A stretch of 36,662 nucleotides of DNA from an uncultured Pseudomonadota bacterium (GTDB lineage: Bacteria > Pseudomonadota > Alphaproteobacteria > Rs-D84), in the NCBI GenBank assembly GCA_947165555.1, contig CAMVAR010000001.1:1-36662 (forward strand). Reading direction: 5' to 3'. Each line of letters opens with the position of its first letter. Position 1 is the stretch's first letter. The notes below the pieces were generated by a model, which did no database searches, was not told where the DNA came from, and worked only from the letters and a program-made list of their open reading frames with translations. A program made the position numbers and the translations under genes. Positions 1 through 10,633 of the stretch are shown here, in pieces.

Positions 1-59
1 AAAAAAACAATTCAGGCAAAATAAATGTCTGTTTTCCGGTCTTTTCGTAAAAAAGTATC

Positions 60-81
60 AAAAAGGCCGGCATTGCCGGCC
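60..81 (-). terminator. Rho-independent terminator downstream of pheT
   Basis: The hairpin GGCCGGC-ATT-GCCGGCC lies at 65-81. On the minus strand it is followed by TTTTT (plus-strand A-run at 60-64), about 30 nt past the pheT stop. Confidence 0.6.
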
Positions 82-112
82 GAAATGATAAAAAATGCAA
101 AAAACACCGGTA

Positions 113-2425
113 TTATTTATCACGCACATGGGCGGGACACTTTTTTTCCACCGCCGCGATTATATCGGCGTGTAATTTTCCAAGCTCTTGTTCCGACATT
201 TTTTCACGCGGTGTAAATGTAATTGTGAATGCGACGGATTTTTTACCGTCCGGCATTTCAAACGAATCAAAAATAACAATATCTGTTATCAAATTTGACA
301 CCGAACGCGCCGCAGCAACTAATTTTTCTGCCGGAAAATCATTTGGAACAACAAATGCAAAGTCACGTGTTATTGGTTGAAATTCACTCATCACAATCGG
401 ACCACGCGGTAAAACCCTGTGCGGCAGGTTTTCTATGTTTTCAACAATTCCAATACATACATTTGTTTTTATCTTTAATTTTTTCGCAACCGATGGATGC
501 AATTCGCCGAATTCCGCCAAAACATTTTTACCCTGCATTATTCGACCATAACGGTACGGATGCGCCCAAAGTGGCGGGTTTTCCGTATCGATTGTAAAGT
601 TTCGACCGTTTAATAATGATACTATGTCCGCCTTGACATCATATATGTCCACCGGACGATTACGTTTTTGCCAATGTTTCGGGGCCGTCACGCCGGTGCG
701 GACAATGCAAATTTCGGTATGTTGTTCATTCGGCGTATCGCCATCGAACACGGTGCCCACCTCGAACAAATTCAAATCCGGATACCCGCGTTTTTCATTA
801 TTGGCAACCGCAATCAACAGATTTCCCAACAAACCATTCCGCGCCGTATCTAAATCGACAATTATCGGGTTTGCAATACGAATTATCGGTTTTGTTGATA
901 ACAATTCTTCAACCCGCGAATTACCAAAGCCAAATGTAATTGATTCATTTAATCCACGATTTGCCAATTTGTGTTTTAATTCCAAAATCGTATCTGTATG
1001 CGGAACAACACAGGCATCATTAGACATTTCTTTTAGGCCGATTTTATCATACCCATAAATACGCGCCAATTCTGAAACGATTGTTTCTGGGATTGTTATA
1101 TCCGTTCTTTGCGGGTTTGGTGTGATTACCCAATCACCCGATTTATTGTTTTTGATTTCAAAATGCAATTTTTCCAATATCGCGCGTTGGGTATCATCAT
1201 CTAATTTTATTCCGGTTTTTTGTTCGAACATAGACGTGTTGTACACCACAGATTCCGGCGTATAGGACGCACGACCGGCAACCGACACATTCACAATTTT
1301 ACCACCACATTCGTCCATTATCATCTTGGCCGCCAATGCCAACGCGGCGGCCGTTCCATCCGGATTTATTCCACGTTCATAACGATACGAAGAATCGGTT
1401 GATATACCGTATCTTTTCGATGATTTACGAACAGTCACCGGGTCAAAATATGCAGATTCCAGAATAATATTCTTGGTATCATCCGATGTGCAACTGCGTG
1501 CGCCACCAACAACGCCCGCCAACGCAAGAATTCCCGCATCATCACATATAACCAAATCTTTGTCACACAGTTCGTATTCTGTACCGAACAGGTCTGTAAA
1601 TTTTTCATTTGGTTTTGCCATACGAACCGTAATATCACCGACAATTTTATCGGCATCAAAACAATGCATCGGTTGCGCCAAATCATAGCAAATATAATTT
1701 GTTGTATCGATTGGTGCATTCTTGGGATTTATTCCCGCAGATAACAACCGCGATTGTATTGTTTTATTCGAAGGTGAATTTTTTATCCCATGAATTTCAC
1801 AGAAACGGTATGTCGGACACGCGGACGGTGCCATCAAATTTACCTTTCTTGAACCGGATACGGATGATAATTCATCAATATTATTTTCAATGTATGTTCC
1901 GGCGCCGGCGACACTTAAATCCAACGCGATTCCGCGCACCGATAAATAGTCCGGACGATTTGGCGTAATAGATGTTTCAAATACGGTCGGACAATCAATA
2001 ACCGGGGTCCCGATTTTTGTGTTTTCTGGTAATTCAATAATACCGCTGTGGTCATTGTTTATACCCAATTCCAAACCACTGCACATCATACCATCGGACA
2101 CAACACCACGCAGTTTTCCACTTTCAATTTTATGTCCCTGGATTATACAGCCCGGCACCGCCAAAGCCGATACCAACCCCGTGCGCGCATTTGGTGCGCC
2201 ACATACAACCTGGCGTAATTTACCGGAACCATCATCAACCATCAACACGTGCAGATGGTCACTGTTTTTATGCGGTCGGCATTCCACAATTTTTGCGGCA
2301 ATCGGTGGCACCGGTTCGGATAAATCTTCAACCTCTAATCCGATTGCGGTCAATTTATCTGCGATTTCCCGTGGGGTTAAATCTGTATCAAGATATTGTT
2401 TCAACCATTCATAAGACCATTTCAT
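113..2425 (-). CDS. pheT: Phenylalanine--tRNA ligase beta subunit
   Basis: This is a 770-aa ORF. The N-terminus MKWSYEWLKQYLDTDLTPREIADKLTAIGLEVE is the classic PheT start. Its length and its position directly downstream of pheS fit. Confidence 0.97.
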   Translation of the reverse strand: MKWSYEWLKQYLDTDLTPREIADKLTAIGLEVEDLSEPVPPIAAKIVECRPHKNSDHLHVLMVDDGSGKLRQVVCGAPNARTGLVSALAVPGCIIQGHKIESGKLRGVVSDGMMCSGLELGINNDHSGIIELPENTKIGTPVIDCPTVFETSITPNRPDYLSVRGIALDLSVAGAGTYIENNIDELSSVSGSRKVNLMAPSACPTYRFCEIHGIKNSPSNKTIQSRLLSAGINPKNAPIDTTNYICYDLAQPMHCFDADKIVGDITVRMAKPNEKFTDLFGTEYELCDKDLVICDDAGILALAGVVGGARSCTSDDTKNIILESAYFDPVTVRKSSKRYGISTDSSYRYERGINPDGTAAALALAAKMIMDECGGKIVNVSVAGRASYTPESVVYNTSMFEQKTGIKLDDDTQRAILEKLHFEIKNNKSGDWVITPNPQRTDITIPETIVSELARIYGYDKIGLKEMSNDACVVPHTDTILELKHKLANRGLNESITFGFGNSRVEELLSTKPIIRIANPIIVDLDTARNGLLGNLLIAVANNEKRGYPDLNLFEVGTVFDGDTPNEQHTEICIVRTGVTAPKHWQKRNRPVDIYDVKADIVSLLNGRNFTIDTENPPLWAHPYRYGRIMQGKNVLAEFGELHPSVAKKLKIKTNVCIGIVENIENLPHRVLPRGPIVMSEFQPITRDFAFVVPNDFPAEKLVAAARSVSNLITDIVIFDSFEMPDGKKSVAFTITFTPREKMSEQELGKLHADIIAAVEKKCPAHVRDK

Positions 2426-2441
2426 TTTTTACCCCCTGTTA

Positions 2442-3398
2442 TTAAAAACCCGTACTTTTTAACCAACGCACATCGGAATCTGTGAATGCGCGTATATCAT
2501 TCAAACCATATTTAACCATTGCCAATCGCGCCCAACCAAATCCGAACGCAAAACCTTGATATTTATTTGGGTCAATATTGCAATTCTTTAATACAGTTGG
2601 GTGAACCATACCACCACAGAGCAATTCCATCCATTTATCCCCAAAACGCATGTCAACCTCTATGGATGGTTCGGTAAACGGAAAGTATGATGGACGAATA
2701 CGCAATTCTATATTGTCTTGTTCAAAAAAACGTGTCGCAAATGTTCGCATCGTTGCCAATAAATCAGATAAATTTATTCCTTTTTCAACCGTATCAATAT
2801 GTAAACCTTCGATTTGACCAAACATTGCCGAATGCGTCGCGTCCAATTCTTTGCGATAACATTGACCGACCGTGAACATTTTGATTGGCACACCATGCGT
2901 TTCCATCGCACGAATTTGCACCGCCGATGTCTGGGTGCGCATAACATTGCCATTTGGCAAAAAGAACGTATCCTGCATATCGCGTGCCGGATGATATGAT
3001 GGTGTATTCAATGCGGTAAAGTTATGCCAATCATCTTCGATTTCCGGACCGGTCATAAATGTATAACCCATAGATTCAAAAATATCAATTACTTCTTGGG
3101 CACTTTTGGTCAACGGATGAATCGTGCCACGATTTTCCGGTTCGGCGTTTAATGATACATCCAATTTTTCACCCGCCAATGCCGCGTTTAATGCCGCGGT
3201 TTCTAATTCGGCCTGGCGATTTTTGAACAATTCACGCAGTTCCGTGTTTTCGCGATTTAATTCTGCGCGGGCATCGTTATCAAGTTCCTTCATCTGTTTC
3301 AGGCGTGCCGTCATTGTGCCATTTTTACCGAACACCGATGTATATAATTCCTGTAATTCGGTCAATGATTGTGTCTGTATTATTTTTTCGTTTAACAT
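2442..3398 (-). CDS. pheS: Phenylalanine--tRNA ligase alpha subunit
   Basis: This is a 318-aa ORF. It has a class II aaRS core (HPARDMQDTFF, FRIRPSYFPFTEPS, GFAFGFGWARLAM). An AAGAAGG Shine-Dalgarno sequence precedes the ATG. Confidence 0.97.
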   Translation of the reverse strand: MLNEKIIQTQSLTELQELYTSVFGKNGTMTARLKQMKELDNDARAELNRENTELRELFKNRQAELETAALNAALAGEKLDVSLNAEPENRGTIHPLTKSAQEVIDIFESMGYTFMTGPEIEDDWHNFTALNTPSYHPARDMQDTFFLPNGNVMRTQTSAVQIRAMETHGVPIKMFTVGQCYRKELDATHSAMFGQIEGLHIDTVEKGINLSDLLATMRTFATRFFEQDNIELRIRPSYFPFTEPSIEVDMRFGDKWMELLCGGMVHPTVLKNCNIDPNKYQGFAFGFGWARLAMVKYGLNDIRAFTDSDVRWLKSTGF

Positions 3399-3420
3399 AA
3401 CTTTACCTTCTTTAATAGAT

Positions 3421-3444
3421 ATGGGGTCGCGTTCGCGGCCCCAT
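3421..3444 (-). promoter_or_regulatory. Stem-loop in the rplT-pheS intergenic region (function unknown)
   Basis: The imperfect inverted repeat ATGGGGTCGCG/CGCGGCCCCAT has one mismatch. It sits between the rplT stop and the pheS Shine-Dalgarno sequence. No T-run follows on the minus strand, so it is not a canonical terminator. Confidence 0.35.
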
Positions 3445-3477
3445 AATCATAAACAAAAAACACTGCGCCGCCAAGGG

Positions 3478-3843
3478 TTATTTATTACCCCCGATAAATC
3501 GTTTTGCCGTTTCAACCAATGCGGCGAAGTTTTTATCGCCGGCATAGGCCATTTCCGCCAAAACCTTGCGGTCTAATTCAACACCCGCCTTGCGCAGGCC
3601 ATTCATGAATTGGCTGTATGTGATACCAGATGGGCGCACCGCCGCATTGATACGAACAATCCACAAAGACCGAAAATCACGTTTCTTGGCGCGACGGTCG
3701 CGATACGCATACTGACCCGCCTTTTCCGATTTTTCGCGCGCGGCACGATATGTGCTGCTGTGGCGACCAAGATAACCCTTGGCGCGTTCTAGAATTTTAT
3801 TGTGTTTTTGACGAACCGTTGTTCCACGTTTTACCCTTGCCAT
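3478..3843 (-). CDS. rplT: 50S ribosomal protein L20
   Basis: This is a 121-aa ORF with [24 protein letters not shown]...[24 protein letters not shown]. An AGGGGG Shine-Dalgarno sequence lies upstream. Confidence 0.97.
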   Translation of the reverse strand: MARVKRGTTVRQKHNKILERAKGYLGRHSSTYRAAREKSEKAGQYAYRDRRAKKRDFRSLWIVRINAAVRPSGITYSQFMNGLRKAGVELDRKVLAEMAYAGDKNFAALVETAKRFIGGNK

Positions 3844-3855
3844 TTTGCGCCCCCT

Positions 3856-4059
3856 TTATTTCAAACCATACGGTGCCAAGATTTTAGCCTGGGCCACCAT
3901 GTTTTCATTCAGATATTGCGGTTTTGAACCGGCGTTATTTGCACGCGCGGATTTTTTACGCAACAGTTTCTTGTGGGCGTTTCTGCGAACGTTGATTTTC
4001 CCGGTCGCAGTCATTCTTGCACGCTTTTTCAAGTATGACTTTGTTTTTAATTTTGGCAT
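3856..4059 (-). CDS. rpmI: 50S ribosomal protein L35
   Basis: I use the internal start MPKLKTKSYLKKRARMTATGKI, which is preceded by AAGAGG. The track ORF extends 16 codons further upstream with no supporting signal. Confidence 0.92.
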   Translation of the reverse strand: MPKLKTKSYLKKRARMTATGKINVRRNAHKKLLRKKSARANNAGSKPQYLNENMVAQAKILAPYGLK

Positions 4060-4201
4060 TTTTAACCTCTTGTTTTTATTATATTCTGATGGCAATGCCA
4101 TTGCCATTTCGAATGTTTATGCCCATAATTGTGCCATATTTATTTTGAAAATCAAGTTTTTATTGAATATTAAACTTTTTATGTTTAAACTGGGGCCAAG
4201 A

Positions 4202-5026
4202 ATGAGTTCGAAAAAGTCATCTTCCAGGTTACATACGATTGTAAAGGTCGTTTTGGTTGCGGCAATTTTGCCCGTGGCATTTATATATATAATCGTTGCA
4301 CGCCCAAACTATCGGATTATTACGAACATTGCGCACTTTTCCATGCCCATAGTTAACGCATTTGGCGATTTGGTTACATGGCCCATACGCGCCAGTGGTA
4401 ATATCGCCATGAAAATACACAATATTTCAAACCTGGAACAGGAAAATGAAGAATTACGTGTACGTTTGGCCCAGGCATTAGAAAAACAAAATGAGCACGA
4501 TATCGCAATACGCGAAATACAACGATTGCAAAATGAACTGGATGTTGTGCGCAGTTCTGTTTTTTCCACAATTGTCGCAGATGTTACGTATGATAATACC
4601 GCATTAAATCATGGGACATTTATTATAAACCGTGGTACACGCGACGGTGTTGAGCCGGGTATGGTTGTGGTGTCGTTTGAAAATAAACTGGCCGGGATTG
4701 TTATTGATGCGGGGGCGAATTTTGCACGTGTGCGGTCAATCATAGATTCTAATACAAATATCGCCGTACGTGTTGCCGGGTCTGATGTATATGGTTTTTT
4801 GCGGGGAAATGGTTCATCAACACCAACATTCGGATTCATTAGTGATAGTAAATTTCAACCCGGACCCGGTGTAAAATTATTGACCAGCAGTATTAGTGGT
4901 GTTTTACCACCGAATATATATGTTGGTGATTTAATAAATGATTCTGATGTTGATGTTTTAACACCGCGCCAAATATCACGTGTTATGGTTTTAAAATTTA
5001 ACTCTATGGGACAAATGTACGAATGA
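4202..5026 (+). CDS. mreC: Rod shape-determining protein MreC
   Basis: I use the start at MSSKKSSSRL. The protein has an N-terminal TM helix, a coiled coil (NLEQENEELRVRLAQ) and a beta-rich MreC C-domain (GTRDGVEPGMVVV...GIVIDAGANFARVRSIID). The track ORF start at 3845 overlaps rpmI on the opposite strand. Confidence 0.9.
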   Translation: MSSKKSSSRLHTIVKVVLVAAILPVAFIYIIVARPNYRIITNIAHFSMPIVNAFGDLVTWPIRASGNIAMKIHNISNLEQENEELRVRLAQALEKQNEHDIAIREIQRLQNELDVVRSSVFSTIVADVTYDNTALNHGTFIINRGTRDGVEPGMVVVSFENKLAGIVIDAGANFARVRSIIDSNTNIAVRVAGSDVYGFLRGNGSSTPTFGFISDSKFQPGPGVKLLTSSISGVLPPNIYVGDLINDSDVDVLTPRQISRVMVLKFNSMGQMYE

Positions 5027-5478
5027 AATATAAAATAATGGAATATTTGCGTATTGGATTGCCGTTTTTGATGACGTTGGCTCTGTGGCGGTTATCAACA
5101 CCATGGATAAATCCGGCGGGCATATTGGCAATTATTCCAATATTTTATTGTTCTTTTATTCATCCGACACCATATTTTGTACCGTATGCACTGTTTTTTT
5201 GTTTTTTAATTGATTATAAATTTAACACTGTTTTAACATGGACTATTTTTTATTGCATATATTATGTGACGATTAATTTACAGACAATTATTGATATTAC
5301 ACACACAAACATGCGTGGGATATTTGCATTTATGTTATTTTTTGGAATTGTGTTATTTGCAATTACCTTATTCAATCTGACATGGTTAGGTTTTGGATGG
5401 TTTATATTAACTTTTTTAATTACATGTATAATGTATATTCCAATAACCAAGATTCTGGCGGTGGTTCACGATGATTGA
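5023..5478 (+). CDS. mreD: Polytopic membrane protein in the MreD position
   Basis: This is a 151-aa very hydrophobic ORF. It has an ATGA overlap with the mreC stop and overlaps the mrdA start. The assignment rests on synteny (mreC-mreD-mrdA-rodA). Confidence 0.6.
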   Translation: MKYKIMEYLRIGLPFLMTLALWRLSTPWINPAGILAIIPIFYCSFIHPTPYFVPYALFFCFLIDYKFNTVLTWTIFYCIYYVTINLQTIIDITHTNMRGIFAFMLFFGIVLFAITLFNLTWLGFGWFILTFLITCIMYIPITKILAVVHDD

Positions 5479-7243
5479 TACAGAAATATCTAAAACATTT
5501 GACCGGCGCAGCGCACTGTTTCTTAGTGGGGGAATGGTGTTAACATCTGTACTTATTTTGCGCATGTTACAGATGCAGGTGTTTAGTTACAAAACATACA
5601 AGAAAAAAAGTGAAAATAATTCATTCAGAATCCAGATTAATATGCCTGAACGTGGCAAAATTTTGTCGCGTGACGGGACGCCGATTTCACATGATGTACC
5701 AATATATCGTATTTATATAATTCCCGAAGAAACCGATGATTTAGAAAACCTGGTTGATATTGTAACGCGCGATTTAAAACTTGGACCAAAACGCGTTAAT
5801 AAAATATGGGCCCGTATAAAAAAACAGCAAAAATTTCAACCGGTGTTAATCAGTGAAAATACAAATTGGGATACATTGGCCGCATTACAGGCAAAAAACC
5901 TGGACGGATTACATATTGGCGAAGGTTACGCACGTATGTATGAATTGGGGCCGGCCGGCGCACAATTTTTTGGCTATGTTGGTGCACCCGATAAACCCGT
6001 CGCAAACGCACCGTTTTATACACATGGTATTACCGGAATCGAACGAACATTTAACGATGAACTGTGTGGTGTGCCGGGACAAACGGTTATGATTGCAAAC
6101 GCCGTCGGGCGCATCACCGGCGAAGACCGGTCCCAGTACAAAGAACCAATTATTGGCCACGACATTAAAACAACAATTAATGACACCGTACAACGTAAAT
6201 TATATGATGCCTTGACCCTGCATCAGGCGGGTTGTGGTGTGGCACTGGATATACAAACCGGTGATATTTTGGCCATGGCATCCACCCCCAGTTTTGACCC
6301 AAATAACTTTTCTGGGGATGATTCAGATGAATATATTGCAGGATTACGCCAAAATTTTGCAAAACCATTTATGAACAAGGTGTTCGAAGGACTTTATCCA
6401 CCGGGGTCAACATTTAAAATTGTTGTTGCATTGGCGGCATTGGAATCTGGTGCAATTACAACAAACGATACCGTGTTTTGTCCCGGACACTGGGATTACG
6501 GGGACCGGCGTTATCATTGTTGGGAATCCAAAGGTCACGGTCGTGTAAATGTTATTGATGCGTTAAAACATTCGTGTGACATTTACTTTTATCAAATTGC
6601 ATTACGTATTGGTATTGATGCAATTAAACGTATGGCGATTCGATTGGGATTGACCGAGAAATATATCGAAGATATTATACAAAAACAAATGACCGGTATT
6701 ATCCCAGACCGTAAATGGAAAGAGGCAAATATTGGCGCACGATGGGTACATGGGGATACCGTTATTTCCGGTATAGGCCAGGGTTTTATCCTGGTTAACT
6801 GTATGCAATTGGCTGTTATGATGGCACGTGTGGCATCAAATAAAAATATTGTTCCACGATTGTTAAAATCCGATAAAATACCAAAATTCAAACCGGTTGG
6901 ATTACAGCAAAAAAATATAAATATTGTTCTTGCCGGGTTAGAAGAGGTTGTAAAACCCGGCGGTACCGCATCGGGCAGTGCAATAAATGTCAATGGTGCA
7001 AAAATGGGCGGAAAAACAGGAACATCCCAGGTACGCAGTATTTCGCGCGCCGAACGGATTAGTGGTGTTTTAACAAATAAACAATTAGAATGGCGTATGC
7101 GTAATCATGGATTGTTTGTTGGATATGCACCAACCGATAATCCAAAATATGCCGTATGTGTTATAACCGAACACGCCGGGTCCAGTGGCAGTGCCGCACG
7201 AACCGTCGCCGCAACAATGAAAGAACTATTAAAAAACGAATAA
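5471..7243 (+). CDS. mrdA: Penicillin-binding protein 2 (elongasome transpeptidase)
   Basis: This is a 590-aa ORF with an N-terminal TM helix. It carries the SxxK motif (PPGSTFKIV) and the KTG motif (GGKTGTSQV). It lies upstream of rodA. Confidence 0.95.
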   Translation: MIDTEISKTFDRRSALFLSGGMVLTSVLILRMLQMQVFSYKTYKKKSENNSFRIQINMPERGKILSRDGTPISHDVPIYRIYIIPEETDDLENLVDIVTRDLKLGPKRVNKIWARIKKQQKFQPVLISENTNWDTLAALQAKNLDGLHIGEGYARMYELGPAGAQFFGYVGAPDKPVANAPFYTHGITGIERTFNDELCGVPGQTVMIANAVGRITGEDRSQYKEPIIGHDIKTTINDTVQRKLYDALTLHQAGCGVALDIQTGDILAMASTPSFDPNNFSGDDSDEYIAGLRQNFAKPFMNKVFEGLYPPGSTFKIVVALAALESGAITTNDTVFCPGHWDYGDRRYHCWESKGHGRVNVIDALKHSCDIYFYQIALRIGIDAIKRMAIRLGLTEKYIEDIIQKQMTGIIPDRKWKEANIGARWVHGDTVISGIGQGFILVNCMQLAVMMARVASNKNIVPRLLKSDKIPKFKPVGLQQKNINIVLAGLEEVVKPGGTASGSAINVNGAKMGGKTGTSQVRSISRAERISGVLTNKQLEWRMRNHGLFVGYAPTDNPKYAVCVITEHAGSSGSAARTVAATMKELLKNE

Positions 7244-7246
7244 ACT

Positions 7247-8392
7247 ATGTCACGACAAACACGTGTTTCAAATGCAAATATGATGAGTTTTTCCGAAAAA
7301 CTGGCGCGGTTTTCGTGGGTGATGTTTGTACCGATGTGTATTGTGCTGATTATATCTGAAATAATGCTATATTCGGCGGGTGGTGGCGCATGGCGGCCAT
7401 TTGCATTATCACAATTATTTAAAATTATTATTGGATTTGCGACTTTTTCAATTGCCGCATTTACAAACATAAAATTATGGATTAAATCGGCATACTTAAT
7501 ATATGCAATTGCCTTTGTTTTGATTGTTTTGGTTACATTTGTTGGTCATACAGGTATGGGTGCCCAACGTTGGTTAAACCTGGGGATTATGCATGTTCAG
7601 CCATCTGAATTGTTTAAAATAGCGTTGGTGTTGGCACTGGCGCGATATTTTGCATGGATGAATTCAGTAGATTTAGATAAATTTAAAAATTATATTGTGC
7701 CGTCATTGATGATGCTAATACCGTTTGGTTTAATTGTTTTACAGCCAGATTTGGGTACCGCGTTGTCAATTGCAATGGTTACAATTGGAATGTTTTATAT
7801 TGTTGGTGCAAATAAAAAATGGTTTATTATTGGTGCGATTTTGGCACTTATGTCGGCACCGGTTGTATGGTTTGGTGGGCTACACCAATATCAGCGCGAA
7901 CGTATTATAACATTTGTAAATCCCGACCATGACGCCCAGGGTGCCGGTTACCAGATAAATCAGGCAAAAATAGCATTTGGTAGTGGCGGCATAATTGGCA
8001 AAGGGTATATGAATGGTTCACAATCACAACAATCATTTTTGCCAGAAAAACAGACCGATTTTATCTTTACTATGTTGGGTGAAGAATTTGGATTTATTGG
8101 TGCGTTTATTATAATTTTACTGTATTCTGTTATTGTTGCAACTTTGTTTTGGGCGGCCAAAACATGCCTTAATCGGTTTGGTCAATTGGTGTGTTTTGGT
8201 TTTATGTTGAACTTTTTCATTTATTATTTTATAAATATATCCATGGTATTGGGGTTGGTGCCAACCGTTGGGGTGCCGTTGCCACTTATGTCATTCGGCG
8301 GCAGCAGTCTTTTATCACTGCTGTTTGGGTTTGGTTTGTGCCAAAATGCCCATATACATAAAGACCAACAATTATCTGCAAAGGGAAGTTAA
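7247..8392 (+). CDS. rodA: SEDS-family peptidoglycan polymerase RodA
   Basis: This is a 381-aa polytopic ORF. It has FtsW/RodA signatures (QPSELFKIALVLALA, FLPEKQTDFIFTMLGEEFGFIG, GVPLPLMSFGGSSLL). The true start may be an internal Met. Confidence 0.93.
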   Translation: MSRQTRVSNANMMSFSEKLARFSWVMFVPMCIVLIISEIMLYSAGGGAWRPFALSQLFKIIIGFATFSIAAFTNIKLWIKSAYLIYAIAFVLIVLVTFVGHTGMGAQRWLNLGIMHVQPSELFKIALVLALARYFAWMNSVDLDKFKNYIVPSLMMLIPFGLIVLQPDLGTALSIAMVTIGMFYIVGANKKWFIIGAILALMSAPVVWFGGLHQYQRERIITFVNPDHDAQGAGYQINQAKIAFGSGGIIGKGYMNGSQSQQSFLPEKQTDFIFTMLGEEFGFIGAFIIILLYSVIVATLFWAAKTCLNRFGQLVCFGFMLNFFIYYFINISMVLGLVPTVGVPLPLMSFGGSSLLSLLFGFGLCQNAHIHKDQQLSAKGS

Positions 8393-8395
8393 GAA

Positions 8396-10630
8396 ATGAA
8401 CCTGCTTATCGTTGAATCACCGTCTAAGGCAAAAACAATTGAAAAATATTTGGGGCGTGGTTGGCATGTAATCGCGTCGGTGGGACATGTACGCGACCTG
8501 GTTCCGGAAAATGGCAGTGTTGATACCGAACATGACTTTGCAATGCACTGGCAAATTATGCCGGGTAAAGAAAAACAAATAAAACTTATTACCGATAATG
8601 TACAAAAGGCCGATGCGGTATATCTGGCATCGGACCCAGACCGCGAAGGCGAGGCCATTGCGTGGCATATTTTAGATATATTAAATTCAAAGAAATTGTT
8701 GGGTAAAACACCCGTGTATCGTGTCGCATTTCATGAAATTACCAAACGGGCCGTGATGGACGCAATTGAACATCCGCGGGAAATTGATTCAAACCTGGTT
8801 GATGCGTATTTGGTCCGTCGGGCATTAGATTATTTAATTGGATTTGAAATATCGCCATTGTTATGGCGACGCAATTTGGGTAAATCGGCCGGACGCGTAC
8901 AATCGGTTGCGGTCAAATTGGTCGTTGACCGCGAACGCGAAATCGAAGATTTTAAATCGGTTGAATATTGGTCTGTGGCCGGACAATGTGATATTGCAAA
9001 AAAATCTTTTAACGCCGGGTTGGTATTTTTTGATGGTCAAAAAATTGAAAAGATGACATTGAAAAATTCTGATGATGTGGATAATGTTTTGCAACGGTTA
9101 AAAACACCGGTACACGCCGAAATATCACGTATAGATAAGAAAAAAACATCACATAAACCATACGCACCATTCACAACCAGTACTTTACAGCAAGAGGCCG
9201 CACGAAAATTATATTTTTCATCAAAAAAAACAATGTCTGTTGCACAAAAATTATATGAAAACGGGTTTATTACATATATGCGTACCGATGCAACAAATTT
9301 ATCTGCGGATGCGATTGGTGAAATAAGACGTTTTATCATGGAAAACTATGGTAATAAATTTTTGCCCACATCGCCAAATATATACCTTACAAAATCAAAA
9401 AATGCCCAAGAAGCACACGAAGCAATTCGTCCAACACACTTTGATTCGGCAACCAACGATTTAGAAGGTGATGAAAAAAAACTTTATGATTTAATATGGA
9501 AACGTACAATTGCGTGCCAAATGACAAATGCAGAATTTGATTCTGTATCGGTTGATATTTTAACTGATGATAAAATCGCAACATTTCATGCCGTCGGAAC
9601 AACACGTACATTTGATGGTTTTATGAAAATCTATACCGAAGACAAAGATGATAACGACGATGAAAATAATACAAAATTACCGCCAATGAATATTGGGGAT
9701 AATGTTATAATTTCAAAAATTACACCAGACCAACATTTTACCCAACCCCCCGCCAGATATACCGAGGCATCGTTGGTAAAAAAATTAGAAGAATTGGGTA
9801 TTGGGCGACCATCAACATACGCAACAATTATGTCAACTATTGTTGACCGTAACTATGTCGAACAAGATAAACAACGTCGTTTTCATCCGACGTCTGGCGG
9901 TTGGGTTATTGCCGCATATTTGGCAAAATATTTTTCAGATTTGGTTGATGTGAATTTTACCGCAAAAACCGAAGATACATTGGACGATGTGTCAAATGGA
10001 AAAACAGATAAAATTGCCGCATTAAACGATTTCTGGGGTAATACAAAAAATATGATTTCCGGGGCGCGTGATGTTAAAACATCTGATATTATTGATAATA
10101 TAAATTTATTTATGTATAAACATTTGTTCACCGACAACAATGATAAATGTCCGAAATGCGGTGGAAAACTGGGGATAAAATTGTCTAAATTTGGGCCATT
10201 TATCGGTTGTGAAAATTATCCAACATGTGATTATACCGCACGTATGACATCAAATGATACAACGGAAAAAACACAAACAAAAAATGAATCACGCGATTTG
10301 GGTAATGGTATTTCTTTTCGCATCGGGCGATTTGGACCTTATGTGACGGACGGCAAAAAAAATATCGCGGCGAAAAAATATACCGCTGATACAATAACAC
10401 TGGAAATCGCAAACGAATTATTATCGGGCGGCACACAAAAGGTGGAACCAATTGAAATTGGGAAAAATCCAACAACCGATAAAATGATTTATTTCTATCC
10501 GACCGGGCGTTATGGCGCATATATTTCAAGTAACAAGGTAAATGTTAGTGTCAAAGAACAACCAGATTTAGAAACCGCAATTGATTTGATAAACAATAAA
10601 AAACCGAAAAAAATGTTTAAGAAAAGGTAA
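8396..10630 (+). CDS. topA: DNA topoisomerase I
   Basis: This is a 744-aa ORF. It has a TOPRIM N-terminus (LLIVESPSKAKTIEKYLG, DPDREGEAIAWH) and an active-site Tyr region (GFITYMRTD). It has a single C4 zinc ribbon (CPKCGG...CENYPTC) and a Lys-rich tail. Confidence 0.96.
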   Translation: MNLLIVESPSKAKTIEKYLGRGWHVIASVGHVRDLVPENGSVDTEHDFAMHWQIMPGKEKQIKLITDNVQKADAVYLASDPDREGEAIAWHILDILNSKKLLGKTPVYRVAFHEITKRAVMDAIEHPREIDSNLVDAYLVRRALDYLIGFEISPLLWRRNLGKSAGRVQSVAVKLVVDREREIEDFKSVEYWSVAGQCDIAKKSFNAGLVFFDGQKIEKMTLKNSDDVDNVLQRLKTPVHAEISRIDKKKTSHKPYAPFTTSTLQQEAARKLYFSSKKTMSVAQKLYENGFITYMRTDATNLSADAIGEIRRFIMENYGNKFLPTSPNIYLTKSKNAQEAHEAIRPTHFDSATNDLEGDEKKLYDLIWKRTIACQMTNAEFDSVSVDILTDDKIATFHAVGTTRTFDGFMKIYTEDKDDNDDENNTKLPPMNIGDNVIISKITPDQHFTQPPARYTEASLVKKLEELGIGRPSTYATIMSTIVDRNYVEQDKQRRFHPTSGGWVIAAYLAKYFSDLVDVNFTAKTEDTLDDVSNGKTDKIAALNDFWGNTKNMISGARDVKTSDIIDNINLFMYKHLFTDNNDKCPKCGGKLGIKLSKFGPFIGCENYPTCDYTARMTSNDTTEKTQTKNESRDLGNGISFRIGRFGPYVTDGKKNIAAKKYTADTITLEIANELLSGGTQKVEPIEIGKNPTTDKMIYFYPTGRYGAYISSNKVNVSVKEQPDLETAIDLINNKKPKKMFKKR

Positions 10631-10633
10631 AGT

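Noticed and set aside
3845-4201. The 5' extension of the mreC ORF, which the track starts at 3845.
   Set aside because: The extension overlaps rpmI on the opposite strand and translates to junk (Phe/Leu-rich). The MreC-like sequence with its TM helix begins at the Met at 4202.
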